From NCBI GenBank assembly GCA_038496445.1, contig JALMLS010000304.1, forward strand, positions 186,001 through 250,000: 64,000 nucleotides of DNA, written 5' to 3'. The position numbers and the translations under genes are program-made. How positions within the stretch are numbered: position 1 is the stretch's first letter; each line of letters starts with the position of its first letter. Shown piece after piece: positions 1 through 10,635 of the stretch. This DNA comes from Trichosphaerium sp. ATCC 40318 (Eukaryota; Protista; Tubulinea). Below the pieces are notes generated by a model. The model saw only the letters and a program-made list of their open reading frames with translations. It was not told the origin of the DNA and made no database searches.

Positions 1-197
1 TTATTTTTCGCCCGGATCGGCGCTAGTCCTAGTACTAGTCCCTTAGATTGACATTTTTGTGCCCTGAATATTAATAATCCTTCCTACAGGTTTGTGACCG
101 ACATTCCAGTGACTGATTAATCTGGCAGGGACAAAAAACAGATTGAACAAGTTAACAGTGAATTGAAAGACAAAACTTTTACTAAAAAAATAGTTCC

Positions 198-997
198 TTA
201 TGGAATCCGAGTAATGGCTCCACATGTTGTGAAAACGAATGCTATCCACTTGAATACAATTACGCATAATGAAGCTAGTTTGAAAGGTTCATTATCGCAC
301 ATGTCACTGAAAGGATACTTTTTAGCTAGTATCTAAAAATCCGTAAACAAAAGAAACAGACAACATAAACCATGGTTTTTGTTCATCATACCACTGTCCC
401 ATAAATAAGCCAAATGACTGAAGTTATTCCAATGGCAAGAGAAGTGAGTATAATCAAAGCATAGCTTGCTATACGCATATACATCCTAAAGATTGCTACA
501 GCAGCAAGACCACATAGAAATGTTGTTAAAGCAGTAGCATCAACAAGCAACCTTTTGATTAACAATCATGTTAGCTAAAAGGAAGATAATTATGCAACTA
601 ATGATGTACCAAGCAGCCATTCCCATCGCTTAAAAAAGAACAAAAGTAAGGCGTCAACTTCTTGAAATTACAAAAAAATAACAAAACACAGAAAGCAATT
701 TCCTTAAATTTGATTTCTAAGCGTAATCACGTGTTAAACCACGTGGCTTTTTGTACAGATAGAGCTACATTAAATATAGATAAAGTGTTATTGCGGTTAT
801 TACGTACAATATTGCTCGTCTGTGTCTATGTGACTACAAAGATCATTCCAGTATCGTAGAGAAAATATAAACTCTGTGATGATAGTGCCAATACAAACGA
901 ATAAAACGCTGAAAAAGATAATCCTTACTGTGCAAACGTAACGTGGTCTACGTTCTTTGTAATATTCAGTACGCAGGAAGTCGTCTGTATCCGACAT
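198..997 (-). CDS. Small multi-pass membrane protein, unknown function (4 exons)
   Basis: Spliced frame MSDTDDFLR...IIFFSVLFVCIGTII...YSMGMAAWLLVDAT...VIWLIYGTVIL...GAITRIP* via three GT-AG introns; about 4-5 hydrophobic segments. Confidence 0.7.
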
Positions 998-1028
998 TTT
1001 GACCAAAATGGAGAATAGTTAGCTTTGC

Positions 1029-2503
1029 ATGCCAAAAACCATAAACGGTTTAGTTTCATCTTTTATGGCAAACGACACCGCTAAGAGGTGGTATTGGCGT
1101 AAACGAGATTGCTCGTGGGTACTTTACAACCAAGTTTGTTCAGAATTGCTAGAAGATGCGTTTACGCGTAACCAACTATGTTCGCGTATCGATATGGACA
1201 AAAACCGGCACTGCTATGTAAATAGCGCTGGGTTAGGTAAACAACAAGGTAAGAACAGTAGTGTACACGCTGACAGTAATCACTACATGAGTAGTATTAA
1301 CCTTATGACGGATAGACCCGCGACGAATTGCAGGACGGTTTATTAAGCGAGAAAGTGCTAGTTTGAACGGTACAGTTCATTTATGGGGTCACAAGTACAT
1401 ACAACCTTACTGGGAACCTTACAACCAAGATACAGCGAAAGGTACGTGAAAATAAGCCTTGCGATTGCACACGAGCTGACGCCATAAGAAGAAAGTGGTA
1501 GCGTAAATGTTAGTGAGTTGAAAATACTATCATGGAATGTGTGGTTCGGGAAATATAAGCTCAAAGAACGCTTGATTGGTAAGCTAGTAATGGCAATAGT
1601 ACCGTAAGCTTAGTGTATTCTTCTTAGGTCTATTGGATGTTGTTGCAAAATGTGACCCGCACGTGGTTTGCTTTCAAGAGGTATGTCGTTTTTTTTTGAA
1701 CGAACAGTTTCACTAAGCTGTTAGGTAACCTCACTTATGGAGCGCGTAATTCTTGGCCATCAATGGGTGAAATCGAAGTAAGCAGATAGTTGGTAAGCGT
1801 ATGTTGTTGATGTATATGTAGGCATGTTACAGATCCTGCAGCTCTATATTTGCGTTCGTATGGGTTGTTTATAATAAGCAAGTTTCCAATCCATAGCGCA
1901 AAGATGATAGAGCTCAACTCAAGAATGGGAAGATATATCTTACTTATCAACATCGTGGTAAATGGTAAACCACTTACAATAGCTGCAGTACACTTGGAGT
2001 CTTTGGTGAAGTATAAGAAAGCCAGAATTGAGCAAGCAAAGTATACAAAGGAGCAATTAAAGGAGTACAATGTAAGCACGCTGTTTCGGTTTTTTGTACG
2101 GTTTGTTTACTTATACTTCACAAAGGATGTTCTTGTTATGGGAGACTTTAACTTTGTTGATAAATCGGAAGCATCTTCTTTAATGGAAGCATCTTTTTTT
2201 GATTATGTTGACGCATGGACAGCAATTAAAGGAGAGGAATCAGGTATGGGTGTTTACAAGTACAAAGTCAACTTATTTGATGTTTTTCTAGGTGTGACAT
2301 TCGACACTGAAACAAATCCTATGATACGCATGGATAAACCCCGAATACCAGTTATTCAAACAAGAATAGATAGGATTCTTTCACGATCGACTACATGGAA
2401 AACTCAACATGTGGAATTACTCGGAAAAGATGCTTTAAATGAAAATCCAAAATTGTATCCTTCTGATCACTATGGGATAATGGCCACATTTGTACCAACA
2501 TAG
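1029..2503 (+). CDS. TDP2: TDP2-like EEP-family phosphodiesterase with N-terminal WWE domain
   Basis: EEP motifs ILSWNV, VVCFQEV, AVHLES, MGDFN, RIDRI, PSDHYG. The N-terminal WYWRKRDCSWVLYNQVCSELLEDAF matches the WWE pattern. Exons join through GT-AG introns (first 1249-1315). Confidence 0.8.
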
Positions 2504-2670
2504 ATCGTTACAATCCATTTGGAATATATGCTAAAAATGTGAGGGGAGCTAATAAAACATATTTGTTTTATTCCTTAGGACTTTTTTTAATTTCCTGGCT
2601 TTTCTGGCTTGACTTAAGTTACTTTTGTTAAGTACATCTATTTTACGTCAACCAACGAAAACAACAACAC

Positions 2671-3770
2671 ATGGAACTATCACAATACTTGAAGCGTATA
2701 GACTTTACCGAAGCCAGTGCTGAATCGCAAGGATTGACACGCCTTGCTTTGCTATCAAAACTACAGCTCCAAACTATTTTGCATGTGCCGTTTGAGAACC
2801 TAGATATACACCGAAAGGTGCCTGTAGTATTAGACGTGAATAAGATATACGATAAAGTCGTTACGAAGAAAAGGCAAGTTTCAAAAAACGTAAACTTTGG
2901 AGCTAAAACCACAAAGTCTGTCAAACAACTAACTAGCGCTTCTTCTTTTAGGGGAGGGTTTTGTTGCGAAGTGAACGCTGTCCTAGCATGGGCAATTGAA
3001 GCTCTAGGGTTTAAGTGCACACTCATTAGTGGAACTGTCTTCGATTTCAGTACGTGCCGTTGTTCAAGAATCTAAATGTTTCGAGTTTTTCTAAGAGCTC
3101 TTTTCGTTGCTTACTTATTTCGTTCAAAAGTTACTAGAGCCTACTTTAACTTTCCTACCCACCTCGTGATTATTGTTACCATTGAAGACAAGCAATACCT
3201 TGTAGATATCGGTTTCGGACCTGCGTCACCTTGTGCGCATGAGGATTACCGAACTCGCCTAACAATACCTAGGTGGACCTCTTGAGTTGAAGGAGAACGT
3301 TGTTATGAAGCAATATGATGGTCAAGAGTTTAAGTTTACCCTAACCGGAGAAACTTGGCTACTCACACTTAAACAAGGTGAAGACTTCGCCCCTTTGTTT
3401 AAGTTCAAAATTGAAGAGACTGAGCTATCGAGTTTCTCTGATGCTGTAGCCTTCACCTATGAAAAGAACCCAATGTTCACTACCAACTGCTTTATTACAA
3501 AGGTGGACGGCAACAAACGCCTAACGCTTTCCAACAACAAGTGAGCTTTTTTGAAGTTGTTTTTTGTCGCTTTGGTAATTTCAGGAATCATTTCTCATTT
3601 CTTTCTTTAGGTTCAAAACCACTGATTTTACTACCGGAGATACAGTTGAAGATGTTGTAACTGTAGAACAGTATCCAAAGATACTCTTGTCGAAGTTTGG
3701 GTACACCAAGGAAACTATTACCGAGATAGGAGATTGCTTTAAAGAGGGTTTCATACCAAAGCAAAAGTAA
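2671..3770 (+). CDS. Arylamine N-acetyltransferase (NAT family)
   Basis: YLKRI, VPFENLDIH and the catalytic triad motifs RGGFC (restored by removing GC-AG intron 2874-2951), PTHLVIIV and YLVDIGFG; stop TAA at 3768-3770. Confidence 0.9.
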
Positions 3771-4281
3771 ACTATTGTTTTATCGAGCCTTAAATCTTCA
3801 TTATGGGACAATCCTATTATTCAAGTTAAGTTTAAAAACGTACTCCACATTTAGACTTCTTTCTTCCAGAAAAAGATAAGAAAAAGCCGTCATTGCATTT
3901 TGTAAAGTCCAAACCTTTGCTTGTATAGAATGTCATGCTAGTGATTCATACTAATCACTTTGCTGCGTATCAAAGTATACACAAGTTAAATTACTCTAGG
4001 TGCTCACGATAATTATTGCAAGAATAAAAATCACGAAATTTCTGCTTTAATAATAACTCATGTCAAAATCGTAGTGCAAAATGGGTAAGTCACCACACCA
4101 AAAATACTATTTACATATGGCGTGTAGCTATGGATACTAAAGTGAAATTGTGTCCAAGCAACTTTAAAAATAATGGGCGCCTTACTTAATTTCGACGTGG
4201 CTGGCGTTTGTTAAGTCTTACACGCCTGTTCTCGATTAGTTTTCCCAACAGTTAGCAAAGGGGTAGTCCTGCACGATAATA

Positions 4282-5734
4282 ATGAAGGTTTGTTTTATGA
4301 TTTTTACTATCTTAACGCTTTTAATATCTTATATGCCATAGAGTAGCGAAACAAAGGCAAATAGCCTTATTACAGGCTTTTTGGCAGCTGCATTTTATGG
4401 TTTGTCGTTTACATGCCCTATTTGACGTTCTTACGCATATATAGTTACTGTGTCGATATCTATGACGTTTTTCAACAAGGCATCACATAAAATCACGTTC
4501 CATCACTAACTGTACCTTTCAGGCCGTACTATCTGCGTTTAAATTCGGTTTTCCATTGTCCATACTGTGCGTAACAACAAAACAACAAAAAAAAGATATC
4601 TTACGTTTAAAAAAAGAGCAACACAACTCTTAATCACTGTATGCGTATTACTTGTGCTAAATGCTGCATCTATAATTAAATTACCGCCATTCAGCATAAA
4701 ACTTGCCAAGACAGTACGTATTACAGTTCCTCATGCTATGTAAATAATTGCTTTTTGTTAGCTGTTCCCTGTATCTTGTTGTTACTCTCTTAATGTTGCA
4801 ATCGCATTGACAGCGCTATCCAAACTTAACGTGCCGATGTATGGCACTCTCAAGCGTATGGCTGTGTTGGTAGTACTTGCTGGAGAGTACATAGTTCTTA
4901 AGAAATCAGCTAGTTCAGCAACTATTCAATCAGTACTTGTTATTGCTTTTGGCACGTGTTTTCAACAGTTACTCTTAATTTTTTTTGACTTCATTTTTTA
5001 GGCGCTCTTGTTGCTGGTTTGGGTGATCTTGAATTTGATTTATATGGTTATTTACTTGTTGGATGTAGTTGCCTTTCTCAAGCGTGCTATCTACTATTTG
5101 TTAAGAAGATAAAAAACGAAACAGGCAACAGACATACATTATTTGATGTTGTTAATTTTTTTTTAAGTGATTTCTACAATGACTCTGTTGTTTTACAATA
5201 GTTTGCTCTCTCTTCCATTTGTGGTAGTATTAGCATTCTTCAATGGTGACTTTAAGTACACGGGTATTCTTTTATGAGTATAATCTAAACGATTTTTACA
5301 GAGGTGTTCCAGAGTTCGATCAACTTTGGGATCCACAATTTCAAGTAAGTACACATTTTATTGAAGAGTTTCTTCAGCGACATCTAACTTCTCTTGAAGA
5401 TAATGCTTCTTGTTTCATTGTGTATGGGACTAGTACTTAACTACAGTATATTTTTATGTACTGCAGTAAACTCACCTCTCACGTTGGTGGTATCAGGTAA
5501 GCAATGTAAAATTTGACAAGATCATTAATTTTTGTTTTAAATGAAGGTCAATTGAAAGCAGTGATACAAACAGTGTTGGGTTTGTTCATACTTGGTGGTG
5601 TTAAAGTTACAACGTTAAACTTAGTTGGACTAGCCATAAATACATCTGGTGGGTTTTGGTACAGTTATGAAAAATACAGACAAAGCAATCAACCATCTAC
5701 AAATGAAGCGCCCGATAGCAATCACAAAGTGTAA
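4282..5734 (+). CDS. Nucleotide-sugar transporter (SLC35D / TPT-like family)
   Basis: SISMTFFNKAVLS, ALSKLNVPMYGTLKR, LLFYNSLLSLP, FLCTAVNSPLT, GQLKAV, GGFWYSYEKY; about 10 introns, three with GC donors. Confidence 0.88.
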
Positions 5735-6174
5735 ATAATAAAATTTCTTTCCATGTCAACACTTGGGAAAACCAACTTCATTTTTGAACATGATTGTACT
5801 TTACTTGTGAAGCTTCAAAAAAGAACAAAATAACATTCATGGATAAATTGTTTTTCCGGAACCTTATGTCGTAACCTGGAAATACAATCTACCCTAACAC
5901 TCTCGGTAAGAACGAATAATGCAGATTTTCATGAAAGGAATATTAGTGAATGACCGTCATGCAAATTCTCCGGTGCTTTTTAGTAAATGGTAAACTGAGT
6001 CTCAATATGGTTATGTTACCAACTCTAAAATCCAAAAAAGATCAATATAGCTCTACGAGATTTGTCTACTTCTAGCAAACCGTGAGTCCTGCTCAATGTT
6101 CACCAACCCTATTAGGCCTGGTATATTTAAATGTGTCACGTGAACAAGTTTATTAATACAGTTACAAAGCAACA

Positions 6175-6596
6175 ATGGCAGCTACTCCTCAAACAAACGA
6201 AACACTGACACTAACTTACGTTAAACGAGATGCTACAGGTGATAAGAGGTGGCTTACAGCAAGAGGAAAGGCGTTCTTACAACCAGAGACACTGAAAGCC
6301 CATTTTAACGCCGACTGGACAATTGAGAATAAAAAAATATACAAATATCGCATTGTTTCAAAGGTCCGTGGGTGTAAGCGGTACGATGAACTTTGGATAT
6401 ACGAAACTAATTAAGTAATTTTTTTTTCAGCGTATTAACCAGGTTGTCAGAGTGGTACTTTCCAGGAAAAAACGATAATGTTGACACTGGAAAGAACGAT
6501 GATATTTGGAATCCATTACACTTTGCTGCAGGAAGGCGTCAATGGACAATGTTCGCTGATCACTCTCATGAAATTTACTTTATTAACGACAATTAA
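6175..6596 (+). CDS. Small Trp-rich hypothetical protein, copy A (one intron 6381-6430)
   Basis: Near-identical to 7312-7662 except for an internal replaced segment. Splicing GTACGA...TTTTCAG restores the frame into LSEWYFPGKND. Confidence 0.6.
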
Positions 6597-6789
6597 ATGA
6601 GTCCTTAAACACCCTCTTCAACTTCAATAAAAACATCACTATTTGGCCCAATCTCGTTCTCACAAAACCTTCCTTCTTTGTATGAGTTAATTGTTTTCTC
6701 ACAATCATGTTTTGGTTACTTCTCATCAAAGTCAACTGTATTGAGGATGGATACTGTAGTGGCTACTTTCAAGTGCAGTTTTTATATCA

Positions 6790-6915
6790 AAGTTGCTTCA
6801 GGATGTCTAACTGCTTCTTCATTGTGTATGGGTCTAGTACATACTGTAACTTTATAAACTGCCGTAAACAGCCCCTCATGCTGCTATATCAAGTAAAGCA
6901 TAAAACTTAACACAT
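6790..6915 (+). pseudogene. Decayed copy of a 3' exon of the nucleotide-sugar transporter
   Basis: TTCATTGTGTATGGGTCTAGTAC...CTGCCGTAAACAGCCCCTCA aligns with 5413-5482, with indels. Confidence 0.65.
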
Positions 6916-7311
6916 GCAAAAAGTGCAAGTTGAAATGTTTCTTTTTGACGTGTAACAGCTACAAGCCTAACGCAAGCATGTGTTAACCGCCGTTCCTTAA
7001 ACTGTATTATTTTTAGCTACCCCTTCAGAGTATCTATCCTAGGTAGTAAAGTAGTAGCAGGAGCTTGCGCTCTGCCTCTTGTTTGAAAACACCCAAAAAA
7101 CCTTGCTGTTGCTCAACTGTTTTCTCAGAAAAAAAATAGTAACGTGACTGCTTGAACATGCAACTGCAGTAAGGCTCCACAGTGTTGTATTTGGCTAGTA
7201 TAGGTACTCTTAAACTGTTACAATTGAATTGTGCTGCACAAGGACACTTCCAGGAAGATTGTCAAATGTGAGTCATCACGTGAACACGTTTATTTGTACA
7301 GTTACTCAACA

Positions 7312-7662
7312 ATGGCAGCTACTCCTCAAACAAACGAAACTCTCACGCTAACCTATGTTAAAAGAGCAGCTACGGGTGATGAGAGATGGTTTACAGCAAG
7401 AGGAAAGGCGTTCCTACAACCAGAGACACTAAAAGCCCATTTTAACGCCGACTGGATAATTGAGAATAAAAAAATATACAAGTATCGCATTCAGTGGTTT
7501 TCTGGCAAGTTGTCAGAGTGGTACTTTCCAGGTAAAAACGATAGCGTTGACACTGGAAAGAACGATGATATTTGGAATCCATTACACTTTGCTGCAGGAA
7601 GACGGCAATGGACAATGTTCGCTGATCACTCTCATGAAATTTACTTTATTAATGACAATTAA
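7312..7662 (+). CDS. Small Trp-rich hypothetical protein, copy B (116 aa, intronless)
   Basis: Open frame MAATPQ...YRIQWFSGKLSEWYFPGKND...RRQWTMFADHSHEIYFINDN*, conserved in both duplicates. Confidence 0.75.
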   Translation: MAATPQTNETLTLTYVKRAATGDERWFTARGKAFLQPETLKAHFNADWIIENKKIYKYRIQWFSGKLSEWYFPGKNDSVDTGKNDDIWNPLHFAAGRRQWTMFADHSHEIYFINDN

Positions 7663-7855
7663 ATGAGTCCCTTAAACCCTCTTCAACTTCAATAAAAACA
7701 TCACTACTTCATCCAATGTTGTTCTCACGGATACTTTACATCTCGCTTTACATATTATGGCTCCTTCCTTTTGCGTGAAAAAGTCAATTTGGTTTTTTGT
7801 CACAATCACGTTTTTTGGTTACTTTTTTTTCAATAATTAGTCAACCATATTGAGG

Positions 7856-10157
7856 ATGGCTGCTCCTCCTATAACTCGCGCTAATTCCCACGATGACGCA
7901 GTCGCTGATGTCGTCAGAAGGCGAGCAAAAGATTGGCGTAACGGCGCTGTAGTGTACCAAATATTCGTTGACAGGTAAAAACTATTGTTTTATAGCCTCG
8001 TTATATGGGTGACGTTTACTTTTGTCGTTTATTTGTTGTTTTTACTAAAAATGAACAACAGATTTGCTCGCCCTTCAAAAGCTAGCCTTGAAAACAAGGT
8101 GACGAAAGGATATTATAAACATCCAAGAGTTTTGCAGGAGTGGAACAAAAAAATACCCCAAAAAGGTAAAGTATCAGTTAATTCTGTCCTTTCGTAATAA
8201 AAACACTAGGGGAGTCGACATCAGCAGGTTATTGGACACATGAATACGAGTTTTGGGGTGGAGACTTAAAAGCGCTTCTTTCGAAGTTTGATTACCTCAA
8301 AGAGCTTGGTCTTACTGTGATATACTTGAATCCAATACAAAAGGTAATTTTAATCTTGATACAAACACGTGAGAAAAAATCATAAAACTTGAACACAAAA
8401 CCAATTAAAAACTTTTTTTTTAATTTGGATATTACCTTGTTCATAAAGCTTCGTTGCTTAGAGAATTGACTAGTAGTATTGCGATCACTATTGGCGTATT
8501 AGAGTCCAATATTATTAAAAACGCCCGAACAAATAACCAATGTCTTTTAGGGTGTTTCTAATCATCACTACGATGCTACAGATTTTGTAAAAATATCACC
8601 TGAACTTGGTACTGAAGCTGATTTGAAGAACCTTATTGAGAAGTGTCATTCAAAGGGGATGAAAGTAGTACTTGATGGTGTGTTTAATCATGTTAGTATG
8701 AATCATCCCTTTTTTATTGACGCAATGAAGAATGAAAACAGTAAATACAAGTACGCAAAGTTGCATTGTTTGCAGTTTTAGTTTGTTTTTTTTTTTGGAT
8801 TTATTTGTAGTTTTTCACACAATCACGTGATTTTATTTTTCTGACATGATGAATGATAGAGATTGGTTCTATCTATCTGTGGATGGTTGGTACAGAGCAT
8901 GGCAAAATGTCACAAATCTACCTGAATTAAACTTAGAAAACCCTGATGTTAAAGTACGTGTAATACATTTGATGGTTGTTTTTTGATGGCGTTATTTTAG
9001 AAACATGTAATGCAAACACTTACAAAATACTTGTGTCTCGGTATAGATGGATGGCGTTTAGACGCTGCAAATGATGTTGGATTTCCTATGCTTGCCGAGA
9101 TGTCTCAAATATGTCATGTAGTAAAACCAATGTCGCTTGTAGTTGGAGAGGTGATTGCGAACAACACGATTTAGTTTAACAAAGATTTTTTAGGTCTGGA
9201 ATTATCCAGAAACGTGGTCGCCTGCTTTAGACTCTGTTATTAACTTTGCTTTGAGGAGGATTATATTCGATCTAGTAAGAGGACAGGTACAGTAATAAAA
9301 ACCCATGTGACATTCACTTTGATTGACCCTTTGTTTAGATGAGCGGAAGGGTAGGTGGACGAAATATTAAGCATATGATAAAGGATACAGGCTTGGATGC
9401 AATATTAAAGGCATGGATAGTTATTGACAACCATGATACAAAACGACTTGTAACTGAACTACCTCATCACTGGCAGCAAGGCGCCGCAAGGTAAGCGAAG
9501 AAACTTCAGAATTTTATAACTGATGCTTAGAATACTTCAATTCGTACTTCCTGGATCTCCTTGTATATATTATGGATCTGAGCTTGGTATGTCAGGTGGT
9601 GATGATCCAGAAAATAGAGCACCTATGCGTTGGGATCTAGTAAAAGACAATAAGGTCTTAAAGGTACGAAAATAACAACTTAAGTTGAATATTTTTTTTG
9701 TCGATTCTAGGGCCTTTGCTTCGATTCTTAATACGCCTTTAGTTATATAAAGCTCTTATAAAAATGCACAACTCTTCTCCTGCTCTCAGATACGGCTTTT
9801 TTAGACTACTAGAAACAGAAACTTTACTTGCTTTTCAAAGATTTACAAGTAGTGTCAGAGAGGTACTAAACTATCCGTCTATTTTTAGAATAAATCAATA
9901 AGGAAGCTAATTTATTATTCTTTTAGACTTGTATAGTAATAGCAAACTTTACTTCAAAGGAAGTATCTGAATCTCTGATGCTTAGAGAGTCTAAATTCAT
10001 GACTGGAACAATTCTTAAAGATTACTTCTCAAACTTGAAAATATTAGTTGAATCTGGTTGTATAATAGCTACAGTACCTCCAAAGACTGTATATGTATTC
10101 TTTCCTATCATTAAGGAGAAAAAGGGAAAGTACTTTTTGTATAAACGTGTTCAATAA
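7856..10157 (+). CDS. GH13 alpha-amylase family glycosidase (neopullulanase/cyclomaltodextrinase-like)
   Basis: DWRNGAVVYQIFVDRF, FWGGDL, SNHHYD, LDGVFNHV, catalytic GWRLDAA / VGEVW / IDNHD, PGSPCIYYGSELG; about 10 introns. Confidence 0.92.
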
Positions 10158-10635
10158 CAATTTTTTTTCTCTTTTTTTTCTTCTTTCTTTGCTTCACCTT
10201 TGCTCTCCTTTATTGTCCTCTCCGTCAATGAAATAGTGTATTATCTGTGAATTGCAACAAAATGTAGGACGTAGAATAGTCCTTGCCAGTAATACATAAC
10301 GCTTAAACCAGTTAATTGGCAGACCCCGCACCTTCATACCAGAAATCCGTCAAAAAATACAGCACAGAATTTGGTGCATAAATTGCGTATCCTATTTAAA
10401 GCGGTTTGTGGAAGGCATTCACTTACAAAACGTTCACCACTCATAGCCTTGGTGTGGTTTTCAGCGATGCCTATGAAAGGTGCGCGTATAAAACACGGAA
10501 TCGCCAATAATAGTAAATGACATTTTCAGTTTAGGAAAGTCACCATTTTTTTTTTGTTGAGTCTAAAATATTCTGTTTGCTGTTGATTTGTTTAACTTCA
10601 CGTGAGTGAAGCTCAACCACGAGTAGTCTAGAACA

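Larger units (their letters stand above)
6130..7859 (+). repeat. Tandem segmental duplication (about 6130-6750 vs 7270-7859)
   Basis: Both units share TCACGTGAAC upstream, the ORF, and the 3' flank ending in TATTGAGGATGG, which in the second copy contains the GH13 start codon. Confidence 0.9.

Noticed and set aside
4081-4189. Tiny spliced ORF (ATGG/GTAAGT) upstream of the transporter
   Set aside because: Only about 21 codons with no motif support.
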